From Bacilli bacterium (GTDB lineage: Bacteria > Bacillota_I > Bacilli_A > RFN20 > CAG-826), in assembly GCA_024408305.1 (NCBI GenBank), contig JAKSVD010000003.1, forward strand, positions 1 to 32,160: a stretch of 32,160 nucleotides of DNA, given 5' to 3'. The position numbers were made by a program, and so were the translations under genes. The first letter of the stretch is position 1. Every line of letters starts with the position of its first letter. Below the pieces are notes generated by a model that saw only the letters and a list, made by a program, of their open reading frames with translations, made no database searches and was not told the origin of the DNA. Below, piece after piece: positions 17,337 to 26,268 of this stretch.

Positions 17337-18521
17337 TTATCTGATTATATCGTATTGAAAACACTCAATTTCTGTTGTGAATTTCACAAGCGTCATCGGT
17401 TTATTCGCGCATTCAAGCTCATTGCCACGCATATCGAAGATTTTGCCGATCTTAATCTTGGTTCTTCCCGAAAATCTAGAGAACAACTCTACTTCCGAAT
17501 TTGGCTCAAAATAGTTTCTGACTTCTACAACAACTTCTTTGGTTTCTTTGTTATATTTTTGAACTATGCCAAAGAAGTCCTTGGTCGGAGTTGTATATTC
17601 TCTGCTGAATAATTGCTCTTTGATTGTCACGTCTCCTGCAAGGAAACCGGTGGATGCAGGCCTGTTCTCTGCTTGATAGATATCATCTTGGTACTGGGCC
17701 ATGTTTGGAACAGAACCTAAGGCATAGTATTCATCAATTGCTTTTCTATACGCATTAACAACGGCTGCAATATAGTGAAGGGACTTCATTCTTCCCTCTA
17801 TCTTTAGGCTAGTAACTCCTGCTTCGATCATTTGAGAAATATATGAAATCGTGCATAAATCCTTGCCAGACATCGTGAAAATGCTCTTGTCGTCAGAAAT
17901 CTGGTTTCCATCAACGAAGACTCTATAGTCCCATCTACACGACTGCGCACAGCCACCACGGTTAGCGTCTCTATTGGTCATGACATTGCTCAGCATACAG
18001 CGACCAGAAACGGATGAACACATTCCACCATGGATAAATGCCTCAATATCAATCTTGGATTTGGCTCTAATCTTTTTAATGTCCTCCATCGAACATTCAC
18101 GTCCAAGGACGACCCTATCTACGCCGAATTCTTCAAAGAACTTGACTCCTTCAGAATTGATAACTGATTGTTGAGTAGAGACGTGAGCTTCCATCTTAGT
18201 ATGCTGTTTAACAAGACTTAAAATTGTTGGAGAAGAAGCAATGATTGCATCTACTCCACAGGCCTCTAGTGATTTGAGATAGGAAACAACGCCTCCAAGG
18301 TCGGATTCGTGCATAACAATATTGCACGTGACATGGACTTTTGCTCCATATTCATGGGCGTATTCGCACCCCTCTTTTATTTCATCTAAGGTAAAGTTGG
18401 AGGCACGGCTTCTTAAAGAAAAATGCTTACCTCCGATAAAGACGGCATCCGCTCCGTACATGACGGCATATTTCAGTTTTTCTAAATTTCCTGCAGGCGC
18501 AAGGAGCTCTATCTTATTCAT
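17337..18521 (-). CDS. Peptidase U32 family, TrhP/YrrO-like tRNA hydroxylation protein
   Basis: ELLAPAG, YGADAVFIG, EAFIHGGMCSSVSGRC, NRGGCAQSCR (Fe-S cysteines), SLKIEGRMKS and a C-terminal barrel. Confidence 0.92.
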   Translation of the reverse strand: MNKIELLAPAGNLEKLKYAVMYGADAVFIGGKHFSLRSRASNFTLDEIKEGCEYAHEYGAKVHVTCNIVMHESDLGGVVSYLKSLEACGVDAIIASSPTILSLVKQHTKMEAHVSTQQSVINSEGVKFFEEFGVDRVVLGRECSMEDIKKIRAKSKIDIEAFIHGGMCSSVSGRCMLSNVMTNRDANRGGCAQSCRWDYRVFVDGNQISDDKSIFTMSGKDLCTISYISQMIEAGVTSLKIEGRMKSLHYIAAVVNAYRKAIDEYYALGSVPNMAQYQDDIYQAENRPASTGFLAGDVTIKEQLFSREYTTPTKDFFGIVQKYNKETKEVVVEVRNYFEPNSEVELFSRFSGRTKIKIGKIFDMRGNELECANKPMTLVKFTTEIECFQYDIIR

Positions 18522-19368
18522 CAAAACCCTCCTTGACATAGGCTGTATCTTTATACGCAAAACCATCTTGGATGTTTAGATTTAAGTTTATTAATTCTTG
18601 TTTTGCAGATTCTAAATCCCTGGAATTTATAGCGATTTTGAAAATATTCACAACATTTGCTAAAACTTCAGCGCTTAGAGTAATACCTTCGAAATAAGCA
18701 TATTTCAGGAAAGATAAGTTATTCATCTCTTCAAGTAACGATATTAGGTAATCACGATAGACGTACGTTCCACCTTCGTTATAAAACATTGGGTACTTTT
18801 GGGTTCTCATGAATTCTTGTAGCTCTATTCCCTCGTGGCCAAAATCTAAACCCGAAAACTCTTTGTAGATGTCTACCAATCTACGCTTGCTGTAAAACAT
18901 AATCTTTCTTCCGAAGACTTGATAGATAAGCGAGGCACCAGTTCTAATAAACGATGATTTGATGTCAGATAACGGGATTTCACTGCTCATTCCGATAGCG
19001 TCGAATCCGTAATTTGAAAATAAACCGAGTTCCATGCTGTTGCAAATCAATGTGTTAGGATCGTATATAACTCGATCAATTAAACCTAATTCTTTTGCAA
19101 TCTGTACAGCACCTAAATCAGAAACGAGAAATTTATATTTGGAATGGGTGTTCATGAATGAACGTAGGTTATCCAATTCATCTTCTAAATAAACTTTGTT
19201 TATACCTAAAATTACTTCACGATCCCCAAGTTTTTCTAAAGCATCATCGAGACGTAATTCAGGGTCATAAACGCAAGACATATTAGGAACGTAGACAACA
19301 AAAGAATCGCCAACCGAGATCAACGATTCAATATCTGAATTTTTGTATACCGAAACTGCAAACTGCAT
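18514..19368 (-). CDS. Peptidase U32 family partner, YrrN-like
   Basis: VSDLGAVQIAKE, IYDPNTLICNS and QVFGRKIMFYSKRRLV; overlaps the start of the YrrO-like gene, matching the yrrN-yrrO order of Bacillus. Confidence 0.8.
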   Translation of the reverse strand: MQFAVSVYKNSDIESLISVGDSFVVYVPNMSCVYDPELRLDDALEKLGDREVILGINKVYLEDELDNLRSFMNTHSKYKFLVSDLGAVQIAKELGLIDRVIYDPNTLICNSMELGLFSNYGFDAIGMSSEIPLSDIKSSFIRTGASLIYQVFGRKIMFYSKRRLVDIYKEFSGLDFGHEGIELQEFMRTQKYPMFYNEGGTYVYRDYLISLLEEMNNLSFLKYAYFEGITLSAEVLANVVNIFKIAINSRDLESAKQELINLNLNIQDGFAYKDTAYVKEGFDE

Positions 19369-19374
19369 AAAATG

Positions 19375-19383
19375 ATTATACCA
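19375..19383 (-). promoter_or_regulatory. Extended -10 promoter (leaderless type) of the U32 operon
   Basis: TGgTATAAT, with ATG 6 nt downstream and no SD. Confidence 0.65.
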
Positions 19384-19441
19384 TAGCTTCTCTTTGGAGA
19401 CACTAAGTCTTCAATAACCAACAATCGTTATTTTTAAACGA

Positions 19442-19470
19442 TTGACTATATTATCGCGTGCCCATATCAT
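19442..19470 (+). promoter_or_regulatory. Sigma70 promoter (leaderless type)
   Basis: TTGACT-17 nt-TATCAT, with ATG 6 nt downstream. Confidence 0.65.
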
Positions 19471-19476
19471 TGAGCC

Positions 19477-21498
19477 ATGACAAAACAGGAACGCATTATT
19501 GATATCTTAAAGAGAATGTTGCCCTCAACAATAGTTGTTTTGGCTTCTTTAATGCCTTTCTATTCCTTTATAATGCCAGGAATTTTTGGGGGCACTGATG
19601 CGTATGCCCACTTCCCATATGTTGCTGATTTAATCTATGGAATTAAACATGGATTTACTGGTTTATCAGGTGGTCACCTAATAACTGGAATCTATGCCTA
19701 TAACGTCTATCAGTTCTATGCACCACTACCTCATTATGCTGTTGCGTATTTGACAGTGGCCTTTGAATGGGCAGGAATTAATATGATGGACAGCTTCAAG
19801 ATCGTTATCTTAGCATCTTCTATATCGTCGAACATTGTTACTTATCTTTTAGCAAGAAAAATCACAAAATCCGAGAAGCTTGGAGTTATTTTTGGCGTCT
19901 TATATGCCTTCTTCCCATATAGACTTTATTGCCTCATGTATAGATGGGCATTCCCGGAAGCAATAGCCATGGGATTCATCCCGCTTGTTCTTTATGGAAT
20001 GTATAGGATACTAAACGATGAGAAACCAATGGTATCCGCGTACATTGTCATGATTATTGGCGTTGCTTGTTTGGTTTTATCACACCCATACACTGCGTTG
20101 ATAACCGCAGTTGCCGTTGTAATTTACTTCCTTGCCAACATCAAGAAAGTAATCAATGTTGCTAAAAAGAAGGAAAGTTGGATCTACATCCCTTGCGCAT
20201 TACTAATCATTGTAGGTTTGGTCGGTGTCTATGTGTTCCCAATGATTGGATCAATGAACAGCGGATATTACAGATTGTCCGATAACGAAATTATGTGGAC
20301 TAACGTTCCACACATCCAGGAATCAATGCTTGAAAGCTGGTTCTTTGTTGGTCTGTTGAATTTCAATTGGCTAGATAAAGTGCTTAACGTCTATGGTTGG
20401 TCAAACACAGGCGATACGGCATCTAAATGGATTCTTGAACTGATAGTTTTTGTGGTTGTTGCATGTATCGCAACAATAGTGGATTTGCTAGTCAAAAAGA
20501 AGCTTAAAAAGCCAATTAGGGTTTTGATTTCTGCAGGAATTGTGTTGGTCCCTATCGCCTTAATAATGCCAAGAATTGAAGTTCTTTTGGCATCGATAAT
20601 ATTGTTTATTTGTTATGCATTCGTTGATATTTACCCAGACGAAGGCCAAGAAAAACTTTCCAGAGAAGCAAAGAATATATTAAAAGAACCTAATACTTAC
20701 GCTTCAATCGTGTTGATTATTTGGTCGTTCCTATTAATTCTTTCTCCTAAATTCTGGGAGATTATGCCAGAGATATTCTATATGGGCCAATTCGCTTGGA
20801 GAGCATGGTCCATCTGCGGCGCACTACTTATATTCCTTTTTATGTATGTTGCATCATTAGCAAAAGGAAGGAATACCTATATCAAAATCGTTGCCTTTGT
20901 TGCTTCCATGATTCTCGTCCTTGCACAAGGTCCAATTGATAAGAGAATGGCACAGGCAAACGGGAATGGGAATGTCCTTAACTACACCGAGGAACAATTG
21001 ATGCACATCGACATGATTGGTTGCCAAGACGAATATATGCCAATCGTTTTCTTCGAGAGTGGGTACACTCCTACTTATTCGAATTCCCTATACACCGGAA
21101 TTAGATATAACATCCATCACCATACTGGTTTTGCTCAGGGCATAGAAAATTATGAGACCGCCTTCCTCGAAGGTGCCGGAACAATGACAGTAAGCGAACT
21201 CAATACTCCGAACGTAAAATTTGAATTAGAAGTTACAAGCGATGAGGCTTATATCCAATTGCCACAGTTCTATTACGATGGATATAAAATTACGGCGTCT
21301 GGAAAATCGATATTAGTTGAGGATGAAGATGGATTAATCTCATTCCACATAGAAAAAGGCAACTATACAGTCGCCTTGGAATATATTGGCCCAAAAACAT
21401 ATAGGGTTGCTAGACCATTCTTTTACATCTCCATAGCAGGAACAGTCAGCCTTGGAATCGGCGGATATTTCCTAAGAAAAAAGAAAGAAATTATTTAA
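19477..21498 (+). CDS. Polytopic membrane protein, PTPS-related/YfhO-like GT-C glycosyltransferase
   Basis: GTDAYAH, FYAPLPHY, YAFFPYRL, GQFAWR, DEYMP and LPQFYYDGY motifs with many TM helices. Confidence 0.75.
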   Translation: MTKQERIIDILKRMLPSTIVVLASLMPFYSFIMPGIFGGTDAYAHFPYVADLIYGIKHGFTGLSGGHLITGIYAYNVYQFYAPLPHYAVAYLTVAFEWAGINMMDSFKIVILASSISSNIVTYLLARKITKSEKLGVIFGVLYAFFPYRLYCLMYRWAFPEAIAMGFIPLVLYGMYRILNDEKPMVSAYIVMIIGVACLVLSHPYTALITAVAVVIYFLANIKKVINVAKKKESWIYIPCALLIIVGLVGVYVFPMIGSMNSGYYRLSDNEIMWTNVPHIQESMLESWFFVGLLNFNWLDKVLNVYGWSNTGDTASKWILELIVFVVVACIATIVDLLVKKKLKKPIRVLISAGIVLVPIALIMPRIEVLLASIILFICYAFVDIYPDEGQEKLSREAKNILKEPNTYASIVLIIWSFLLILSPKFWEIMPEIFYMGQFAWRAWSICGALLIFLFMYVASLAKGRNTYIKIVAFVASMILVLAQGPIDKRMAQANGNGNVLNYTEEQLMHIDMIGCQDEYMPIVFFESGYTPTYSNSLYTGIRYNIHHHTGFAQGIENYETAFLEGAGTMTVSELNTPNVKFELEVTSDEAYIQLPQFYYDGYKITASGKSILVEDEDGLISFHIEKGNYTVALEYIGPKTYRVARPFFYISIAGTVSLGIGGYFLRKKKEII

Positions 21499-21499
21499 A

Positions 21500-22606
21500 C
21501 TAATCAGTATATTTCGAATCTACTGAAATAATGAATTCGTAATTAGGGTAGAGATCATGCATTTTTGATGCAACCTCGCCCTTTATTTTTTCAATATCCG
21601 CTTTAAATTTGATGACGAGATCGAACGTTGCATAGTCATCGCCCTTAAAGAATCCATGCATCTGGAAGACATCCGGATAATCTTTGATTATTTCATTAAT
21701 CTTGTTTTGCATCTCTAAAGAGACTGGGTCACTCGTGTTTGATGCATAGAAACCTACGGTGAGAATAATCTCCATTTGGTCATAAACATCTTGCACAATT
21801 TCATGAGTTAATGCATGCATTTCCCTGGCAGTCATATCATCTTCGACTTCAACATGAACGGAACCGATAATCTTGTTTGGCCCATAAGAATGAAGTATTA
21901 CGTCGTATGCGCCTTTAACGCCTGCATGGGTCTTTATTAACGCTTTTATTTTGTCAGTAATTTCAATATCTGCTTTAGTGCCGATTAAGCTGCCAAGTCC
22001 CTCGGCTAGGATCTCAACGCCTGCTTTAGCAATGAAAATGGAGATAACAACACCTAAATAGCCTTCGATGTTGATATGCCAAACAAGGCTTATGATAACA
22101 GCCACTAACGTTGCCGCAGAAAGTATCGCATCCATGAATGCATCCGTACCAGAAGCAACAAGAGATTGAGAATCGACTTTCTTGCCCTGACCTTTAACAA
22201 ATAAACCAAGGCATAACTTTATAAGAATCGCAGCGCCGATGACAATTGCTCCAGCAATGCTATGATCGGTTTCACCTGGGTTGATTATTTTCTGAACGGA
22301 TTCAATTCCCGAGGTTACAGCAGCTACCAAGATAATTAAAGCGATAGTTACTGATGTGATATATTCAATTCTGCCGTATCCGTATGGGTGCTTATCATCT
22401 GGCTTTTTGTTTGCAAGTTTGGTGCCGATAATCGTTAAAACAGATGAGAAAGCGTCGCTGAAATTATTAACGGCGTCGAGAATGATAGAAATAGAGTTAG
22501 CAAGAATTCCAACCGTTGCTTTGAAAGCAACAAGGATGAAGTTGCAAATGATTCCAATTACGCTGGTGCGGACAATTACTTTTTCTCTATTTGTCACATT
22601 CTCCAT
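21500..22606 (-). CDS. Cation diffusion facilitator family metal transporter (FieF-like)
   Basis: ILDAVNNFSD, KPDDKHPYGYGRIEY, DAFMD and a ZT-dimer-like C-terminus. Confidence 0.92.
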   Translation of the reverse strand: MENVTNREKVIVRTSVIGIICNFILVAFKATVGILANSISIILDAVNNFSDAFSSVLTIIGTKLANKKPDDKHPYGYGRIEYITSVTIALIILVAAVTSGIESVQKIINPGETDHSIAGAIVIGAAILIKLCLGLFVKGQGKKVDSQSLVASGTDAFMDAILSAATLVAVIISLVWHINIEGYLGVVISIFIAKAGVEILAEGLGSLIGTKADIEITDKIKALIKTHAGVKGAYDVILHSYGPNKIIGSVHVEVEDDMTAREMHALTHEIVQDVYDQMEIILTVGFYASNTSDPVSLEMQNKINEIIKDYPDVFQMHGFFKGDDYATFDLVIKFKADIEKIKGEVASKMHDLYPNYEFIISVDSKYTD

Positions 22607-23573
22607 CTACGTTCTCCTTTTCAAAATTTAGACTATCATCGTATACGAACGCTCTATGTTCACTGTCAGCTTTTAACAAGGCCTTTTCTTCAATCCTATT
22701 ATCGAGAATTGCTTGATTAATACGCTTGCAATCTTCTTCGTAAGTATCCATGAAAGAGTGTTCAACTCCTTCATAGTTATATCCAAGAATCATATCAAGA
22801 GTGACATTTTCAGCTGCTCTAAATAGATTCTTTTCAACATATGGATTGTAGTTTTCCTTTAGCTCTGCAATTAAATGTTTTGTTTTTAATCTCTGAGAAT
22901 TTTCGTGTGAATTCGCAACGTTTTCCGTGAATTTGCAAGCGCAGGCAATAAACTCTAGTCCATTAAAGTCTTTCCATTCGATGATATGTTCTTCACGAAT
23001 AAAATATAGAGGACGAATTATTTCCATTCCTGAATAATGGGTGGAATGGAGCTTAGGAAGCATTGTCTGGAATGAACCAGAATTTAGCATATTCATTAAA
23101 GTGGTTCCAATAACATCGTCGTAATGATGGCCTAAAGCGATCTTATTGCATCCATATTCTTTTGCAATTCTATATAAAGCGCCTCTTCTCATCTTAGCGC
23201 AGAGATAGCATGGTGATTTCTCGGTATTATTTGCAATTTCAAAAATATCGGTTGAAACAATGGTTGCAGGAATTTCCAATTTCTTGAGATTTGTTTTAAT
23301 TTGTTCAAGATTCCTCTCGTTATATCCAGGATTCATTACAAGGTACTTAACATCAAAATGGACGGGGGAATACTTTTTAAGGTGTTTGAAAAGCAAGGCC
23401 ATAGCCATCGAGTCCTTGCCGCCGGATATGCAAACGCAGACTTTATCGCCTTCGTTTACGAGTTTGTATTGCTGAAGCGCAGCGGTGAATGGTCTCCATA
23501 GCTTGAACTTGAATTCTAGATCCAAGCTTCTTTCTATCATTTGTGATTGAGTAAATACCTTCTTCTTGTTCAT
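22587..23573 (-). CDS. ttcA: tRNA 2-thiocytidine biosynthesis protein TtcA family
   Basis: PP-loop SGGKDS, PCYLCAKMRRG, KIALGHHYDD, IIRPLY and C-terminal CAC. Confidence 0.88.
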   Translation of the reverse strand: MNKKKVFTQSQMIERSLDLEFKFKLWRPFTAALQQYKLVNEGDKVCVCISGGKDSMAMALLFKHLKKYSPVHFDVKYLVMNPGYNERNLEQIKTNLKKLEIPATIVSTDIFEIANNTEKSPCYLCAKMRRGALYRIAKEYGCNKIALGHHYDDVIGTTLMNMLNSGSFQTMLPKLHSTHYSGMEIIRPLYFIREEHIIEWKDFNGLEFIACACKFTENVANSHENSQRLKTKHLIAELKENYNPYVEKNLFRAAENVTLDMILGYNYEGVEHSFMDTYEEDCKRINQAILDNRIEEKALLKADSEHRAFVYDDSLNFEKENVDGECDK

Positions 23574-23608
23574 AACGTCGTTATTATAACGAGGCGAACA
23601 AAAATGCT

Positions 23609-23635
23609 AAAAGAAAAACCAGCATAAACTGGTTT
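23609..23635 (-). terminator. Intrinsic terminator of the binding-protein operon
   Basis: Minus strand reads AAACCAG-tttatg-CTGGTTT-TTCTTTT immediately after the 23637 stop. Confidence 0.7.
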
Positions 23636-23636
23636 A

Positions 23637-23855
23637 TTACATAAAATGGATACCGTTTTTGGCTGCGCTTAATATTGCAATGAGGGCCAGGGCAACAATC
23701 GAGAAGGATATGATTGCCCCTGCAATATGCTTTACTTGATCTCCCTCACCATTCCAAGTGGCAAGTTTATAAATGGATGCGCAGAACCACACTAAGCTTA
23801 GGATAGGCACGACGAGGACAACGCCTCCAAACAAGAACACAAATACCCAAAACAT
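23637..23855 (-). CDS. Small 2-TM membrane protein ending IHFM
   Basis: 72 aa with two hydrophobic helices; starts 4 nt after the GNAT stop and is followed by a terminator. Confidence 0.7.
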   Translation of the reverse strand: MFWVFVFLFGGVVLVVPILSLVWFCASIYKLATWNGEGDQVKHIAGAIISFSIVALALIAILSAAKNGIHFM

Positions 23856-23859
23856 AAAA

Positions 23860-24369
23860 TTATCTTAGCACTTTCTCCATCATCCAAAAAAGCCTAGTTC
23901 CTACAACTTCATAATACATTTGGATTCTGGACACTTCCTTATATCCATTTCTTATGTACATATGATATGCAGGGGTATTCGTGTCTATGACATCTAGATG
24001 AATAGACTTATAGCCTTTTGTTTTTGCATATTCCTCTATATCGTTTAGGAAAGCGTCACTAACGCTTCCTCCTCTGAATTCAGGGCATGTTGCTAAAGCG
24101 TGGATTGTGCATGGTTTATCGGTGATTTCCCATGGAATTTCATTATATTCGTCGTTCATTTTATTGTTTAAAACTGCAGAAGCAACAACCTTACCATCCA
24201 CCATTACAACAAAAAGTTCATGGTTAATAATGGATGATTCAATAAAGTCTCTGTTAGGGTAGGACTCTATATTCCATCCCAATCTAACATTAGACTTATT
24301 CACCGCATCAATCACGGTCTTATATAAATCCAAGATTTCTTCTGTTTGAGAGATTGTTGCTAATTCCAT
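23860..24369 (-). CDS. GNAT family N-acetyltransferase
   Basis: IHALATCPEFRGG (motif A) and IHLDVIDTNTPAYHMYIRNGY; start reassigned to MELATIS, 2 nt after the upstream stop. Confidence 0.88.
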   Translation of the reverse strand: MELATISQTEEILDLYKTVIDAVNKSNVRLGWNIESYPNRDFIESSIINHELFVVMVDGKVVASAVLNNKMNDEYNEIPWEITDKPCTIHALATCPEFRGGSVSDAFLNDIEEYAKTKGYKSIHLDVIDTNTPAYHMYIRNGYKEVSRIQMYYEVVGTRLFWMMEKVLR

Positions 24370-24371
24370 AA

Positions 24372-24602
24372 TTACATAAAGCTGATCATGCCAGATGAGA
24401 AGACTATAAACATCGTAACGGAGATGCCGCATAACACAGCAAAAATAATAAAGGCTATCTTGAATCCTTTATAAGTCTTGCCAAGTTTCTTCCTGATTAA
24501 ATATAAAACAAGGAACACTATCGCTAGAGCACACCAAAGGAATGGGCCAAAAACAGCTCCATACATAATTGATACTAATAGAAATTCATTTAGCCAATCC
24601 AT
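24372..24602 (-). CDS. Small 2-TM membrane protein ending ISFM
   Basis: 76 aa with two TM helices and a basic loop (RKKLGKTYK); ATG 1 nt after the binding-protein stop. Confidence 0.75.
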   Translation of the reverse strand: MDWLNEFLLVSIMYGAVFGPFLWCALAIVFLVLYLIRKKLGKTYKGFKIAFIIFAVLCGISVTMFIVFSSGMISFM

Positions 24603-24603
24603 C

Positions 24604-25557
24604 TTACAAACCTACATATCCCACTTCTTCTAGTATTTCTTGTCCTTCTTCTGATAAGACATAATTTTTAAACAATTCTACATTTGGGTTGGTATCGCCC
24701 TTTCTTGTTACCATGTATATATCGCTGATAATAGGGTAAGTACCATTCTTAATATTATCCTTTGATGGAGAAACGCCATTAACGGAAATCATTTTAACTC
24801 CAGAGGATTGATTGAGACCTTCAACATAATATCTGAAAGAGAATCCGATTGATTGACCTAGGAAACCTAATAATGTTCTATCAACAATCTTCTCATCTCC
24901 CATGAATTTTTCCATGGTTGTTTGGGAGCCTGAACCTTCATTTCTTCTTAATGGATAACAGATTCTATAGTCTCCGCCAACTTCATTCCACATTTTGATT
25001 CTGCCCGAGAAAATTCCTCTAATCTGGCCCTCCGTTAGTGAGTCAACGGAATTTTTGGAATTCACAAGGAACACGAATGCTTCATGGCCGATTGGTGTAA
25101 GCTCTAATTCCACTCCCTTTTCTTTAGCGTAATTCAGCTGATCGCTAGATGGTCTTGCACAAAATATAATGTCCGAAATTCCATCAACGATTCCCTTATA
25201 GGCGCCACGCGTATTGTTATAGATTAAAGATGAGTCAGATGAAAAATTACCTCCAACATATTTAACGGTGCTTTCTTCATACAAACGATGAACATAAGAT
25301 GAGAAGACAGGGAATAGTGCAGCTGCACCATCTATCACCGGGAGGTTTCCCGTTATCTTTTCGCCTTCTTTCTTAACAATTCCAGTTTCATCGCTAAATG
25401 GCAAAAACTTGCTGATTTCCACGGATTTTGCGCTCATTTCAGGCGAGAAATCGTTTATGCATCTATTTGTTAGGGATACGTAGAAAAGGCCGTCAAATGC
25501 GACAAAAAAGGAAACTAAACCAACAATTGCAAAAATCTGCTTTGTTATTTTCTTCAT
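24604..25557 (-). CDS. PstS-like (PBP type 2) substrate-binding protein, membrane anchored
   Basis: IDGAAALFP, PIGHEAFVFLVN, RNEGSGSQT, IGFSFRYY, NIKNGTYP and LSEEGQEILEEVGY. Confidence 0.85.
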   Translation of the reverse strand: MKKITKQIFAIVGLVSFFVAFDGLFYVSLTNRCINDFSPEMSAKSVEISKFLPFSDETGIVKKEGEKITGNLPVIDGAAALFPVFSSYVHRLYEESTVKYVGGNFSSDSSLIYNNTRGAYKGIVDGISDIIFCARPSSDQLNYAKEKGVELELTPIGHEAFVFLVNSKNSVDSLTEGQIRGIFSGRIKMWNEVGGDYRICYPLRRNEGSGSQTTMEKFMGDEKIVDRTLLGFLGQSIGFSFRYYVEGLNQSSGVKMISVNGVSPSKDNIKNGTYPIISDIYMVTRKGDTNPNVELFKNYVLSEEGQEILEEVGYVGL

Positions 25558-25697
25558 TAGTTAAGCTCCTTTCCGATGAATGTGATCATAGAAACGTTCT
25601 TAAATAAAATAGAAGTGATAACTAAAAGGGCGATAGTAACAACTATCCCCACCGCGAGTATCGTTAATATGGTTGTATAGAACTTCTTGTCTTCCAT
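25557..25697 (-). CDS. 46-aa single-TM microprotein (absent from the ORF track)
   Basis: MEDKKFYTTILTILAVGIVVTIALLVITSILFKNVSMITFIGKELN; its stop overlaps the next ATG (TAATG); TATAAT lies 6 nt upstream of its ATG. Confidence 0.75.
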   Translation of the reverse strand: MEDKKFYTTILTILAVGIVVTIALLVITSILFKNVSMITFIGKELN

Positions 25698-25703
25698 GTC
25701 TTA

Positions 25704-25731
25704 ATTATAATTTAGGATCCATAGAGTTCAA
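25704..25731 (-). promoter_or_regulatory. Sigma70 promoter (leaderless type) of the binding-protein operon
   Basis: TTGAAC-16 nt-TATAAT, with ATG 6 nt downstream. Confidence 0.6.
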
Positions 25732-25745
25732 TAAACAGGAGATAG

Positions 25746-25778
25746 AAAAAATAGCCCAGATAATTCTGAACTATTTTT
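25746..25778 (-). terminator. Intrinsic terminator after the fumarase beta subunit
   Basis: Minus strand reads AAAAATAGTTCAGA-atta-TCTGGGCTATTTTTT, with G-U pairs. Confidence 0.65.
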
Positions 25779-26268
25779 CAAATACGCTATTTCCGTAGAT
25801 GTCGTAAGCAACAATAACGGGAAAGTGTTCAACCTCCAATTTTCTAATTGCCTCACATCCAAGATCCTGGAACGCTACCTCTTGAACAGATTTGATTCTC
25901 TTAGCCAAAAGGGCTCCTGCTCCTCCAGTTGCAACAAGATATACTATCCCGTATTTTTTGCAGCATTCTCTAACATGCTCATCCCTTGGTCCCTTACCAA
26001 TCATGCCTTTGATTTTTAAGGCTGGCATATACTCAATAAATTTATCCATACGAGATGATGTTGTTGGACCAATTGAACCAATTCTTCCATTTGGCATAGT
26101 TGGTGTTGGCCCTGCATAGTAAATAAAACTATTTGAGAAATCAACAGGTAATTCTTTTCCTTCATCTAACAACGAAGCAAGTCTAGCGTGTGCTTGGTCT
26201 CTTGCTGTATAGACGATTTCATCTAGGTAAATAACATCGCCGGCGTGGAGTTTTGTGATATCTATCAT
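25771..26268 (-). CDS. Fe-S hydro-lyase (class I fumarase/tartrate dehydratase) beta subunit
   Basis: YTARDQAH, YYAGPTP, GPTTSSRMD, MIGKG and LGCEAI. Confidence 0.93.
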   Translation of the reverse strand: MIDITKLHAGDVIYLDEIVYTARDQAHARLASLLDEGKELPVDFSNSFIYYAGPTPTMPNGRIGSIGPTTSSRMDKFIEYMPALKIKGMIGKGPRDEHVRECCKKYGIVYLVATGGAGALLAKRIKSVQEVAFQDLGCEAIRKLEVEHFPVIVAYDIYGNSVFEK

